Source: an uncultured virus (IMG/VR IMGVR_UViG_3300038423_000132) | Lineage: Duplodnaviria > Heunggongvirae > Uroviricota > Caudoviricetes | Direction: 5' to 3' (one strand) | IMG/VR virus record: IMGVR_UViG_3300038423_000132 | DNA length: 64,000 nt | Shown here: positions 29,901 through 39,491 of the stretch, piece by piece | How positions within the stretch are numbered: position 1 is the stretch's first letter | Layout: each line of letters starts with the position of its first letter | The notes under the pieces: model-generated | What the model was told of the DNA's origin: nothing | Databases searched by the model: none | The model's input: the letters and a program-made list of their open reading frames with translations, nothing else | Program-made: the position numbers and the translations under genes

Positions 29901-30252
29901 GGCCGACGCAGGAGTCGATCCCTCACATGGTGGAACGGCCGTATGCTGGGATTCGGGACATGGTGGAACGGCAGTGTGCAATTCGACCAGCGGGATTGTA
30001 CTGGTGACATTTGGCACAACGCCGGTGGACGACGATCTTTTCGAGGTAGGCTGGGTAAGCGCGAAAGCGAGCATGCCAGTCCTTACGCCAGCCCAAGTTC
30101 ATGCGACAGCACCGCCGCAGTGCTGGATTCAGGAAGATGCCGATAACAGCACAACGCTCAAAGGTGTTATTATCCAGAATTCAGCTACTTGTGGATTTAT
30201 TTCGAACATGACCGAGTATGTCAGTTACCACATTGATCCGGTACTTCCGTGA
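26914..30252 (+). CDS. Large exported tailspike-like protein
   Basis: Signal peptide; NIVKYGAVIDG..DIGPAVQSAI tailspike neck motif; Cys-rich. Confidence 0.75.
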   Translation: MKTSNVLRAIFWAAVYAFLIWGACAYGQGSNGGILYASDFAAWSLPQGTGPANGMIAWPSAQVCQISTVGGYSFTAPKVGRKLTIVDNGVPAHTETVTPTQVTVGPGGCSLTATMSYSHLSYTVKSGTAGLQEAIDYQTGLPQGALVVLTPAWTLAGGTTGMITGAYGTSLVSISDQRDAVLIAYTWNGSAYVATSFGGSACDPNTIPNGCTGGTSLLAAQGSLGISPVQNIVKYGAVIDGMSGTDIGPAVQSAIAACPGDSGTGGVSCTVLLPCTGVGCYWKTQTAITSAYSKSILILIEGKVQLGDTLLENSFIVLQGNSGGTPQGFQNRGPAAEIHGAPWKGTMGTAITSIGSHSFTPTFTTGVIGNLSTNSWLTIVDPVTVTTIGTVTRTAWTGNSPNVSATLTSYTRMAPGSLITVSGCTDSSFNVTNTFVIAVNYQKHLISWAEDQAAGTTTGCTITGWNQDSFESTRLTNVGSSTLTATFRKTHLATAHWGIAGVALPAGVGPYELDYLEIQSATGAQFVTGDTVDATLIGDGFAASANVTSIGADVNLGLSTVRDVSVASSLASFWTCYTTGYQNCAEPSFPSGAWRCTYYGDVPNEGGCGHTSFKDTTFYGGFEADSNQRTASVSMPDFEHVEFRMSPQYAVDIDNRYGSSNPFQLDYAVPEDNAIGTPVLCTVGTTDGDAGYFVGPVHVGRWESSATYCLAPPDFNGRLIAWPTDNLELPVRPGFPAGTFDSGGKQLTEFYGQDAGLGPSVIPFATQAVNSAANVSGQCVSSGKCTVSTVVGPDGSADAIEIKAISDAAYPPPYGWTGSIATYAGDWILYGAKVRHGAGLNAPSSLAGNASLDIASFGTDSFIGNSPQFWQMGITLNGDWESIVGAATVVTGEATPHTVGLRMWPGPLSTEGNQFYNWFVIVVPGPNNPAWDLVTTGETIERVRRDLLHGAVPSSFNHPGIAVTLERVAAPEFDILTPATGAITPIAGTPQSVIIVADAGVDPSHGGTAVCWDSGHGGTAVCNSTSGIVLVTFGTTPVDDDLFEVGWVSAKASMPVLTPAQVHATAPPQCWIQEDADNSTTLKGVIIQNSATCGFISNMTEYVSYHIDPVLP

Positions 30253-30260
30253 GGAGAACC

Positions 30261-30779
30261 ATGAAACGCATCTTTGCAGCATTCGCACTCGCAGTTCTAG
30301 CGGCAGGTTGTCACGGGCAGGTCCCGCCCGCTTCGTCGGCCAAGGTAGTTCTGACCTGGACCGCGCCAGTCGCAAGCGGCAACTGGACCGGCTGCACCAC
30401 GGCCGCGCCATGCACCTACGCGATCTACCGCGCGACAGGCGCAACGTGCCCTGCCTCGACCAGCACAGCTTTTCAGGAGGTCACCACGCCCACGGCGCGT
30501 CCCTCGGGCACAACCTGGACTGATACCACGGCGACCGGGATGACGGTCTGCTACATCGCAGCAACGATCCAGGGGACGCAGAACAGCGGGCCGTCGAACA
30601 CGGCTGGGCCAATCGCAGTTCCGGGCGTTCCGCTGGCTCCGGCGTTGGGGACTCCATCGACCGCGGTGCTCGAGAAGTCTCCGGGCTGCTTCGATTGCTT
30701 CACGCCGGAGCAGGTGAACTGCTGGGAAGGATCGTGCACTGCGCCGTTGAGTCTGATGGCGACGCTGAAGAGGCGGTGA
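30261..30779 (+). CDS. Exported or lipoprotein FN3-like protein
   Basis: LAAGC lipobox-like; VLTWT...YAIYR...WTD...S.PSN. Confidence 0.7.
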   Translation: MKRIFAAFALAVLAAGCHGQVPPASSAKVVLTWTAPVASGNWTGCTTAAPCTYAIYRATGATCPASTSTAFQEVTTPTARPSGTTWTDTTATGMTVCYIAATIQGTQNSGPSNTAGPIAVPGVPLAPALGTPSTAVLEKSPGCFDCFTPEQVNCWEGSCTAPLSLMATLKRR

Positions 30780-30948
30780 TGGACACGCCGCTGCGCATCT
30801 GCGCGGATCTGGACCGGCTGCGTCAGTCGGTTGGGAGCAGGCCGTTGGAAGGCATCCGTGCGACGCGCGTGTTGAAGGAACTGGCGCACGTAGACGAGCG
30901 GCTCAAGGTGATTTTGGCAGGACAGGTAGGGTAGGATAGGGGAAGGCG

Positions 30949-31374
30949 ATGAGCGATGATGGGCGTCTTGGCGAGCTCGATGGGCGTCTGCGGAAACTGG
31001 AGACAGATATGGCCTCACTGACAGCGGATCACAAGAGCGTGATGTCCGACCTCTACGGCAACGGGCAAAAGGGACTTCTCGATACGCTCAACGAGTTCGT
31101 TGCGGCGTACAACACGCGGGAGACAGAGCGAGAGAAGGCGTTCATCACGCAGCAGAATTCGGTTAGGGACGTGCTGGATATTCACAACAAGAAAGTCATG
31201 CGATGGGTTGCAATCATAGGACTGCTGGTGGCTGTCCTAACACTCGTAGAGGGGACTAAACTCCTGCCAAAAGGAGTGCTGAAGACACCGGCAATCATCG
31301 CTTGTCAGACCGCTACTCATCTGACCAGCGGATGCGCAAACCCGGCGTATGGCAGTAGCATGTACAGCAGGTAG
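30949..31374 (+). CDS. Coiled-coil protein with a single TM helix (lysis-region)
   Basis: LYGNGQKGL motif, C-terminal hydrophobic helix. Confidence 0.6.
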   Translation: MSDDGRLGELDGRLRKLETDMASLTADHKSVMSDLYGNGQKGLLDTLNEFVAAYNTRETEREKAFITQQNSVRDVLDIHNKKVMRWVAIIGLLVAVLTLVEGTKLLPKGVLKTPAIIACQTATHLTSGCANPAYGSSMYSR

Positions 31375-31508
31375 ATCAGGAAGATCACGGCGACAATCAC
31401 CTGAGCCACGCGGCCAAAGGGCGCCGGCAGGGGAATGAGGCTGATGATCCAGTACACCACGCCGAAGATCAGGCAGACGATGAGAAGCGTTACCAAGATC
31501 GAAAGCAT
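31317..31508 (-). CDS. Small two-TM membrane protein, antisense to the late operon
   Basis: MLSILVTLLIVCLIFGVVYWII..IPLPAPF; GAGGT RBS. Confidence 0.7.
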   Translation of the reverse strand: MLSILVTLLIVCLIFGVVYWIISLIPLPAPFGRVAQVIVAVIFLIYLLYMLLPYAGFAHPLVR

Positions 31509-31663
31509 CGAAGCACCTCTACCTGAGAAGAGCACTAGGGGCAGCGAGCCGTCTGTGCAATCCGGTACATCCAGGCCAGCTCCGCGCCCGATCACCGACC
31601 GCGAAATGGCTGAGTGGAAACGGGAGCAGGGTCGGGCGTAGAATTCTGAAAGGAGAACCGACA

Positions 31664-31906
31664 ATGTGGAGCACAATCGTTAGCGCATGGGCGCATTTTA
31701 CGCAGAACTGGAAATCGACCGCGGCGAACTTCCTTACGCTGGTGGTCATCACCGGCGGCTACTTCGCGGTGATTCCCGTCGCCACGCTTCAGGAGCACGG
31801 CATCACCCAGAATGAAGTGTTCTGGGGAACGGTGATCTGCGGGCTGGCCAAGCTGTACGTAGGCCTCATCACGAATGACGCCAAGTCCACCCAGGCGGCG
31901 AAGTGA
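31664..31906 (+). CDS. Putative holin
   Basis: Small protein, NWKST motif, two hydrophobic segments. Confidence 0.5.
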   Translation: MWSTIVSAWAHFTQNWKSTAANFLTLVVITGGYFAVIPVATLQEHGITQNEVFWGTVICGLAKLYVGLITNDAKSTQAAK

Positions 31907-32172
31907 ACCTCGCCCTCACTCCCGCGCAGTTCGCGGCCCTGCTCGTCGCGCTGATCGCTGATGCCGCCGTGCACCTGGTCCAGACCGGCCCGCTGACCGG
32001 CAACTTGTCCTATCGGGGCGCTACGATCGGCTACGCCTATGACGGCGCTCTCCAGGTGACCGTGGCGATCCTCGATAAGCACTTCCCGGCGATCCTGCTC
32101 ACGGACGACCAGATTTTCGCCAAGATCACCGAGAAGTTCAACCAGTACATCGCAGGAGGCAACACCGCATGA
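31903..32172 (+). CDS. Hypothetical protein
   Basis: Coupled ORF. Confidence 0.55.
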   Translation: MNLALTPAQFAALLVALIADAAVHLVQTGPLTGNLSYRGATIGYAYDGALQVTVAILDKHFPAILLTDDQIFAKITEKFNQYIAGGNTA

Positions 32173-32876
32173 GACTCAGAGGCGCAAGACCATCTCCCAG
32201 GCATCGCCTCGCGGCTGCACGGCCACACGTTCCATTGGCTCCGACGCCGCCACAGTTCCTGTGGAAGCCTGTGCAGATATCGATGTGGGCCAACGATGTC
32301 GATGGCGACTGTGTGACAGCCGAAGAGGCGTTCGCCAAAGCCTGCCACTCGCCGGAGATTTTCGTCACCGACGATGAGGTAGTCGCCTGGGCGACGGCGA
32401 ACGGCGTTCTAAATGGGGCCGATCTGACGCAGGTTCTCGACCTGATGCAAAAGGGTGGATTCCTCCAGGGAAGTTCGCGCCTGGATGACGGGCCTTACGT
32501 TTCCGTGGATTGGACCAACGCGGCGATTCTCAAGAACGCCATCGCACAAGGGCCGGTCAAGATCGGAGTAGCCGCGGATCAGCTTGAAAACGCGGTTCCC
32601 GATCCGCCTACAGACGGCTGGCTCGCCTCGGGATTCAAGCGGGACCAGAACGAGGATCATTGCGTCTCGCTCTGCGGGTACGGAGAGATCGGCTGGCTAG
32701 CTAAGCAACTCGGAGTGACAGAAGACGGCTATCTCCTCGAAGCTGATTCTTCAGGATACGCAATGTTCACCTGGAACTCCATCGGGATCATCGACGTGCC
32801 CTCGCTGCTGGCAATTTGCGGGGAGGCATGGCTCAGGAATCCCACAACCGTTGTAGCCGCGATGGCGGCACTTTAA
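32169..32876 (+). CDS. Papain-fold cysteine peptidase-like protein
   Basis: ND..GDCV, DHCV.L.GY, TW motifs. Confidence 0.6.
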   Translation: MRLRGARPSPRHRLAAARPHVPLAPTPPQFLWKPVQISMWANDVDGDCVTAEEAFAKACHSPEIFVTDDEVVAWATANGVLNGADLTQVLDLMQKGGFLQGSSRLDDGPYVSVDWTNAAILKNAIAQGPVKIGVAADQLENAVPDPPTDGWLASGFKRDQNEDHCVSLCGYGEIGWLAKQLGVTEDGYLLEADSSGYAMFTWNSIGIIDVPSLLAICGEAWLRNPTTVVAAMAAL

Positions 32877-32937
32877 CAAACGAGACAGCCCATGGGGGCA
32901 GCGAGGTTTGCCGTGGATCCAGAAAGTGAGCTAGTCA

Positions 32938-33234
32938 ATGAACCGGCGTGAAGCTCTTGGAACGTTTGTAATCGCGGCGGCAAGTCCAGTTTTGGGCGCA
33001 CAGACTGGATCCGAAACGGCTGCTTCCTCTTACGCTCGGTTAGTCAACGCCACCGGAGAGGACGCTGCTGAACGAAAGCGCCAATACGCGATCTGCAAAG
33101 AACGTGGGCACGCACACGGAATAGGAATGTTTGCAGCCTATCCCGAAGAAACAAATCCGTTTGTTCCCTGCAAATTCTGTGGCACGGGATTCCGTTTCGT
33201 AACTACAATGGAGGAACAAGGTGCTCCTGAGTAG
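32938..33234 (+). CDS. Small protein with twin-arginine-like N-terminus
   Basis: MNRREALG; C...GH...CKFC. Confidence 0.5.
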   Translation: MNRREALGTFVIAAASPVLGAQTGSETAASSYARLVNATGEDAAERKRQYAICKERGHAHGIGMFAAYPEETNPFVPCKFCGTGFRFVTTMEEQGAPE

Positions 33235-33339
33235 AATTGTCTGGGCATATGCCGAACTGGGCCTTGGCGCTTTCTGGCTCTTGGTTCTTCTGAGCTTTTC
33301 TGCGTCAGACCTCATCAAGAAATGGAGAAGGAGACAACC

Positions 33340-33912
33340 ATGAAGCACATTCTCATCACCGCGGGCCTGTTGTTGTTGTTCCTCGCTGCGGCAATGGCCG
33401 CCAGCGCGCAGGTCACAGTTGGAACGACCGCAAGCGCCTACTACTACCAGAAAGCCTGGTTTGTGGGCAACGAGACGACCGCCAGCGTGCCCTTTCTGTA
33501 CCTGGGCACCGCGAAGAACAACATCCTGTCGCTGGGCGGGCGCAACGATGTGGCTGCGAACGCGTTCGACGCCTACACCGGACTCGTGAGCTTCCAGCCC
33601 GACCTGACCAAGTATTTCGGCAATCAGGTGGCGCTCTCGCTCGACGTGGGAGGCGGCGCGGCCACGCTTGCGGCCGGAGGGACCAAGCCTGCCGTCCAGG
33701 GCACGCTGAACTTTACCGTCATGCTCACGCCGAACACGTCTGCTATCGGCGGGTACGCCGGGGGCGGCTTGATTGGCGGCAACAAGTTTGGGAAGTTCTC
33801 GGCCGGCATTGCGCATTACTTCGGCGGTCCTGCCACGGTGCAGAGCCAGGCCAAGAAGAACTTCGTGAAGCGATACCTTTCGACCCACTTCAAGAAGCAG
33901 ACGGGCCAGTAG
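33340..33912 (+). CDS. Exported protein, possible outer-membrane beta-barrel
   Basis: Signal peptide ending ASA-Q; amphipathic beta strands. Confidence 0.6.
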   Translation: MKHILITAGLLLLFLAAAMAASAQVTVGTTASAYYYQKAWFVGNETTASVPFLYLGTAKNNILSLGGRNDVAANAFDAYTGLVSFQPDLTKYFGNQVALSLDVGGGAATLAAGGTKPAVQGTLNFTVMLTPNTSAIGGYAGGGLIGGNKFGKFSAGIAHYFGGPATVQSQAKKNFVKRYLSTHFKKQTGQ

Positions 33913-34081
33913 CCATGGACCGCTTCGTCTTGATCGCCCAGGCCGTCTCGCCGGGTGGGAGCGCGGAGTTCGACGTGAAGCTCTACGTCTGCGAAAAGTG
34001 CGGTGCCATCGTAGCCGAAGATCGGCGGCAGGCGCACCGGGAGTGGCATGAGCACGTCGCGGCCCGCGCAACATCGGAGGG

Positions 34082-34510
34082 ATGATGCACACCAGCGAGA
34101 ACGGCATCGCGTTCATCGAGTCGAATGAAGGGTTCGCCGCCCAGGTCTACAACGACAACGGGAACCCCGCGATTGGATTTGGGCACGATCTCCTGCCGTG
34201 GGAATCGTTCCCCAACGGCCTGACGCGGCCCCAGGCGGAGGCCTTGCTTATCTCCGATCTGCGCACACGCTTCGAGTCTCCGGTGAACGCACTTATCCCG
34301 CCGACCTGCACGCAGAACCAGTTCGATGCCTGCGTAGACTTTTGCTTCAACGAGGGGCCGCGCGCCTTTGCGATTATGATGCACCATGGATGGGATCAGG
34401 TTCCCGAGCAGATGCTGGCGTGGGTCTGGGAGCACGTGAAAGGCGTATTGGTGAAGTCGCCGGGGCTCCAGGCACGCCGCGAGGCCGAAGTTCAGATGTT
34501 CAATTCATAG
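34082..34510 (+). CDS. GH24 phage lysozyme (endolysin)
   Basis: EG....Y.D.G...IGFGH, QNQFDA..DF.FN.G, GL..RR..E. Confidence 0.93.
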   Translation: MMHTSENGIAFIESNEGFAAQVYNDNGNPAIGFGHDLLPWESFPNGLTRPQAEALLISDLRTRFESPVNALIPPTCTQNQFDACVDFCFNEGPRAFAIMMHHGWDQVPEQMLAWVWEHVKGVLVKSPGLQARREAEVQMFNS

Positions 34511-34601
34511 CCGGTTCCGGCGGAAAGGCAGGTCGCGGACAGTCAGAGCAGCAGAGGGGACGGCTCCAAAGGCCGTCCCTTTTGCTGTCCGCGAAACTCC
34601 T

Positions 34602-34784
34602 ATGGCAGAGAAAAAGAACTGGGCGGCCGGCGCATTCAAAAATGCCCACGGCCAATTGCACGAGCAACTCGACGTGGATCCCAAGAAACCCATCCCGAAG
34701 CAGAAGCTGATGGCCGCGGCGCGCGGACGGTACGGCAGCCTAGCGAAGAAGCGGGCGATGCCGGTAGTGAATGTCCAAAAGTAG
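34602..34784 (+). CDS. Small basic phage protein
   Basis: NW...A.K..G.LH.QL.V....IP..KL. Confidence 0.65.
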   Translation: MAEKKNWAAGAFKNAHGQLHEQLDVDPKKPIPKQKLMAAARGRYGSLAKKRAMPVVNVQK

Positions 34785-34800
34785 AGAGGGAGCTCTTCCC

Positions 34801-37800
34801 ATGAGAAAAGTTCTGATTCTGGCGCTCGCGTTCCTCGCGGGTGCATCGCTCGCGTGCGCCCAAGCGCTTCCGGTGGGACCAAAGGCGTATCTCGGCTACT
34901 GCCTGGCGACTTCTGGCGCCAATGCCGGCCTCTACATTCCGATCGCCGTCTCTGCGAACAGCTCCGTCGTTCCGAATCCCCCCACCGCCATCACTCTCTA
35001 CGGATTCGATTCGACGAACTACGATCCAGTGACCTGCGACTCGAGCGGAAACTTGAACTTTGGATCTTTCCCGAAGTTTGCCGCGGCACCATCTCACTGC
35101 TCGGCCGGGCAGGTCTACTTCAACACGGTCAGCACAACGCCCTATTATTGTTCTGCGACGGACACATGGACGGCGTTCGGCAGCGGCAGCTCGATGACCT
35201 GGCCTACTACTCCTGGCTACGCGCTCTGGTCGAGCGGTACTTCGTGGGCGACGCCGCACCTGTTCGATGCTACCGGATTGGTCTATACCACCGAGCCGTT
35301 TTATACGTCTTACATCGGCACGGCCTCTCAGTCCTCGCTTTACGCAACAGGGGCACCTTACACGGGCGGCACGGCCACAACCAATTTCCCGCTTGCCTAT
35401 CTCAACGGCGGGGGCGCTGTTTCGTCGTTCTCCACCTCGGGTACGGAGTTTGGCATCAACGCTCCGAGCGGCTTCACCGGGAACTTCCTCGACTTCCACG
35501 TAAATGGCGGAGCCTCGGTCGGAAAGGTTGACTACACCGGGAAATTCACCTTTGCTACCGCTCCGGTTTTCACTGGGTTGACGGGGTATCTCTACGCAAA
35601 CGGAGCCTCACAGGCCAGCGCAGCAACGACGATTCCACTCGGCAGCATCGTGAGCACGGCGGGAACGCTTGCACCCCTGGTTCTGGCAAACGCCACGAGC
35701 GGCCTATTGTCGCTTCAACCAGCTGACGGAGCAATCACATCCTACACAATCGAGCTTCCGGTTGCGCAGCCGACCTCCAGCAATACTCTTCTTTCCTGCA
35801 CGGCAGCCAATCCGGCGGTCTGTACATGGACCGGAAACGCGCCCACGGCCTCCAGCGCAACCAAGAGCACAAACATTGCAGGCGGCGCTGCGGGATCAAT
35901 TCCGGTGCAGAGCGCAGCGGACACTACGACGTTTGCCACAGGGAACTCTACCGGATCAACGGACGCCGTTCTGACCAGTACCTCATCGGGCGGGGCTTAC
36001 AGTGCGACAGCGTTCAAGAACGCGCCGGCGGTGAGTCTCGCCAACGTCACCGCAGCCGCGATCCCGGTGAACGTGAGCACGCCGGGCTTGACGCTAAGCG
36101 CCGTAACCGACGCAGCGGCCCCCACAGGCGCAGCAACAAACTCAGGCCAGTCCGTGCCCGCGAGCACAACGAATCAAGCCGTGCTGACCTGCATCGATTC
36201 GAGTGGCGTAAACACCACAAATGCACTGAATGCCTCAGCCAACGTGACGACCACGGGCGGTTCCAGCTTCATCGTGTGGACCTATGGCACTGTGCCTACA
36301 GGATGCACGACGCCGTATCTCTGGCTGAAGAACACAGGCTCGTTTGCGTATTATCACGCGGTATCTCCGTCACAGACGACCTGGGAGCAGGACGCGGCGT
36401 ACACGACCTACACCCCTGCGGCAAGCTATCCCGTTGCAGGAGTGCTGCCCGCCGCGAACACCACGGGCTTGCCGATCCTGCAAGCGATCAAGAGCGCTAA
36501 CGCTCTCGCCACAGGCTCAGACGGCCATGTAACAGCGCAGTCCGCAGCGCAAGCCGCAGCGCAGATTGCGGGGCAGGATATTGAGCCAAATCTTGTCAGT
36601 TCCGCCATGTCTCCTATAAACGTAACAAATCCTGGTTACGGCGCGAAGGGCGATGAGCGGATGGTGTCGGATGCCTCAATCAACGCCGGATCGTACACTC
36701 TCCATTCTGCAACTGCAGCCTTCACTTCTTCGGATAATGCCCGCACCTTTACGGTGGAAATGGGTTCGCGGATCATGGCGAACGGAACTTATCAGTCAGG
36801 CGGAACGATTAGTGGACCAACTGGAGGGTTTTGTTCACTGAGCGCTTTCAACGGTGCATCTGGGGTCACAGGAAATGTATGGCTGACAAGCACCGATACT
36901 ATCGCTGCCGGAAGCGATCTGATCTTCACTAACGTGGGGTCCGGTATTGCGACTGCTCCAACCTCCGCCACACTTGGCAACGGTATCGCGGCTACTGGAA
37001 CAGTTAATACCGTAGGTGCTGAAGTGTCTTGGATTAGTGGCGGGATGTTCTCTCCAAATTGGGTAGGTTACAGCATGACGATTGGCGCAACCACCTACAC
37101 AATTCAGGGCGTGGAAGGCGGAAATCATCTTACACTAGCGACATCTGCGGGAAGTCAGACGGGAGCTTCTTTCACAATCACCGGGGCGACGTGCAGCGGA
37201 ACTGCCACGATTTCGACGAACCTTTTTGCAAAACCCGTGACAACGACTGGGACCATCGTCAACTCCACAACGGTAACGCTCGGCACGGCGGCGACGAATA
37301 ACGTGAGCGGCGCAAATGCGTGGATCGGTACAGATGATACAGCGGCTTTCCTAGCGGCAATCAGCGTTGCTGCGCTCAAAGGTGGCACCGTGTACGCCCC
37401 AGAAGCTCAAGGGTGTCCAACTGGATATACGGGCGTGTGCCAGTATCTGATTCTTGGACAATTAACCTTTCCGGTTTCTACCTATAGCCCCTGCACTTTT
37501 GATGGTGGAGCCTGTTTGAATCAGCAGGCTCCTGTCTATATTGCTGGCGATGGTCCTAGTTTCTTGTATCCAGGCGCTAACCAAGTCCCACCCGCAACGC
37601 CTTTTGGTGGCACGATCTTGGATATGCGGAGCACGACCAGTCCGGCAAAGATTGTAGACTTAGCCCAAGGATATTTAGACATCTCTGCCATCACGTTAAC
37701 AGACAACGGATGGGACACGAACCCCTACGTATTGACCACAAACACGGTGCTCCACGCCCACGATATGTATGTAGATGACAATGCAATTTTGAATGGGTGG

Positions 37801-39213
37801 CACGCGGGGACGTGGCTAAAAGATGCCTTTGTCATCGGCGGGCAGGACGCCGTACCAAGTAATTTGACTACTGCACCGTTCTTTGGCTACGGCTCTAGTA
37901 TCGAGCGCGTGGGGTTTGGCCGCATCCAGCGTGGTGTACTGACGGGGGCGTGGGCATCGTCTATCGCCATATCCGACAATGTGTTCTACGCGACAGGAGG
38001 ATCGGACAGTACCGCTGCGGCTATTGAATTAAATGCCGGCACAAATGCGCCGCTGGGCGGAACGTTACACAACCACATCAACGATAATCTAATTGAAATG
38101 TTAGGAAGGGCGTATGGCATCAAATTCACTGTATCTTCAGATAGTACCATTGCAGGAAATTACTACGGGGATGCCTCGAATTATAGGACCATAGCCTTTG
38201 ATCGCTTTGAGGTAAATTCAACAGGGAACATTGTCTCGGATGAAGACAGCCATACTTATAGTTATGGCTATCCAGGAGCTCAGTGCGCCTGGGTGTCATC
38301 AGCAACGAACGACAACTTTGTGCAGTTTACGAGTGTGCCGCCGCTTTCTCCGAGCGGATTGCGCACATTCTGTAATCCCTGGTTTGGCGGTATCGCTGCA
38401 GCCATTCCCCTAGTCTTAGGGCCATTTGCTATCGAGAGCGCGCCTGGAGCTAACTGGCCCGCTTACGAAATATTTGATACGAATGCAAATGCGAATACGC
38501 GCAACTGGGCTTTGGTATCAACCTACGAAGCCTACGGAACATTGTGCGTCAATCACAGCAATCTAATTGGCGGTGATCCTCTTGCGGCGGGCACACCCAG
38601 TATATGCTTCGGCCCAACCGGAGGCGTCAATATCGGAGACGTAAGTGATCCCGGTGCGGGTAACCTAACCGTGGGGGGAGCGATCAAGTGGGGTTCCATG
38701 ACGGCCTCTCCGGTGACTGCTACGTCGCTTTCAGCGACATTCCCCTTCACGCTAAATGGGTCGGCGAGTGGACTCAATACTTATATCCAGCTTCTGAATA
38801 ACAGTTCGCCCATTGCCATCTTAGGCAGCAGCAGTTCCCTTTATGGTGGCGATCCGGCGGCAAATGTTGGGTTATGGGTGTACGGGACGAATCAGTTCGA
38901 CCTTTCTACAAACGGGGTCAAGCGATTCTCCGTGGCGGGCTATGGGGGCGTAGGAATTGGTATAACCCCATCTTCCCCGTTATTGTTTGAGGTTAACGGC
39001 ACTTCGGAGTTTGTTGGCGAAGCGAGCTTTGAAGGAACCTCATCTAGTATCAGCGCCGCTGGTACGATTCAAGCGGATGGTGGGGCCACTGTAATGGATC
39101 ATTGCGTAGGTGGAACTATGGATGGTGCATATATCGCGGCATCCAGTACCCAGGCGACCGCCTGCACAGTGGGCGGCGGTACGCTAATTGTCTCGGGATT
39201 TCTTGGAAATTGA
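34801..39213 (+). CDS. Large exported tailspike/beta-helix protein
   Basis: Signal peptide MRKVLILALAFLAGASLACA-Q; YGAKGD and GTDDTAAF.AAI neck motifs; beta-helix-like region. Confidence 0.8.
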   Translation: MRKVLILALAFLAGASLACAQALPVGPKAYLGYCLATSGANAGLYIPIAVSANSSVVPNPPTAITLYGFDSTNYDPVTCDSSGNLNFGSFPKFAAAPSHCSAGQVYFNTVSTTPYYCSATDTWTAFGSGSSMTWPTTPGYALWSSGTSWATPHLFDATGLVYTTEPFYTSYIGTASQSSLYATGAPYTGGTATTNFPLAYLNGGGAVSSFSTSGTEFGINAPSGFTGNFLDFHVNGGASVGKVDYTGKFTFATAPVFTGLTGYLYANGASQASAATTIPLGSIVSTAGTLAPLVLANATSGLLSLQPADGAITSYTIELPVAQPTSSNTLLSCTAANPAVCTWTGNAPTASSATKSTNIAGGAAGSIPVQSAADTTTFATGNSTGSTDAVLTSTSSGGAYSATAFKNAPAVSLANVTAAAIPVNVSTPGLTLSAVTDAAAPTGAATNSGQSVPASTTNQAVLTCIDSSGVNTTNALNASANVTTTGGSSFIVWTYGTVPTGCTTPYLWLKNTGSFAYYHAVSPSQTTWEQDAAYTTYTPAASYPVAGVLPAANTTGLPILQAIKSANALATGSDGHVTAQSAAQAAAQIAGQDIEPNLVSSAMSPINVTNPGYGAKGDERMVSDASINAGSYTLHSATAAFTSSDNARTFTVEMGSRIMANGTYQSGGTISGPTGGFCSLSAFNGASGVTGNVWLTSTDTIAAGSDLIFTNVGSGIATAPTSATLGNGIAATGTVNTVGAEVSWISGGMFSPNWVGYSMTIGATTYTIQGVEGGNHLTLATSAGSQTGASFTITGATCSGTATISTNLFAKPVTTTGTIVNSTTVTLGTAATNNVSGANAWIGTDDTAAFLAAISVAALKGGTVYAPEAQGCPTGYTGVCQYLILGQLTFPVSTYSPCTFDGGACLNQQAPVYIAGDGPSFLYPGANQVPPATPFGGTILDMRSTTSPAKIVDLAQGYLDISAITLTDNGWDTNPYVLTTNTVLHAHDMYVDDNAILNGWHAGTWLKDAFVIGGQDAVPSNLTTAPFFGYGSSIERVGFGRIQRGVLTGAWASSIAISDNVFYATGGSDSTAAAIELNAGTNAPLGGTLHNHINDNLIEMLGRAYGIKFTVSSDSTIAGNYYGDASNYRTIAFDRFEVNSTGNIVSDEDSHTYSYGYPGAQCAWVSSATNDNFVQFTSVPPLSPSGLRTFCNPWFGGIAAAIPLVLGPFAIESAPGANWPAYEIFDTNANANTRNWALVSTYEAYGTLCVNHSNLIGGDPLAAGTPSICFGPTGGVNIGDVSDPGAGNLTVGGAIKWGSMTASPVTATSLSATFPFTLNGSASGLNTYIQLLNNSSPIAILGSSSSLYGGDPAANVGLWVYGTNQFDLSTNGVKRFSVAGYGGVGIGITPSSPLLFEVNGTSEFVGEASFEGTSSSISAAGTIQADGGATVMDHCVGGTMDGAYIAASSTQATACTVGGGTLIVSGFLGN

Positions 39214-39221
39214 GAGGGATT

Positions 39222-39491
39222 ATGTCTAAGAGAATCGCACTCATTTGCTTGCTGGCACTTCCATTGTGTGCGCAGGATAAACCTGCCCCACAGTCTCCAA
39301 CGATACCGGCTCCTGTCTCGCAGCCCGCGTCGAAGCCGGATCAAATCTCTGTGTTGAAGCTGGAAATTCGCCTTGTAAAGCAGCAGGCCAAATTGCAGAC
39401 AAAGGCGCAAGTTGACCAACTGAAACTACAAATCTTCCAGCGGGAAGTGGACGTTAAACTCGCAGCGGCCCGAGCGAAGGCTGCAAAATGA
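39222..39491 (+). CDS. Small exported coiled-coil protein
   Basis: MSKRIALICLLALPLCA-Q. Confidence 0.6.
   Translation: MSKRIALICLLALPLCAQDKPAPQSPTIPAPVSQPASKPDQISVLKLEIRLVKQQAKLQTKAQVDQLKLQIFQREVDVKLAAARAKAAK

Noticed and set aside
29926..29975. Short direct repeat CATGGTGGAACGGC
   Set aside because: Only a local HGGTAVC duplication within a CDS
26914..39213. Diversity-generating retroelement acting on the spike genes
   Set aside because: No reverse transcriptase and no template/variable repeat pair seen
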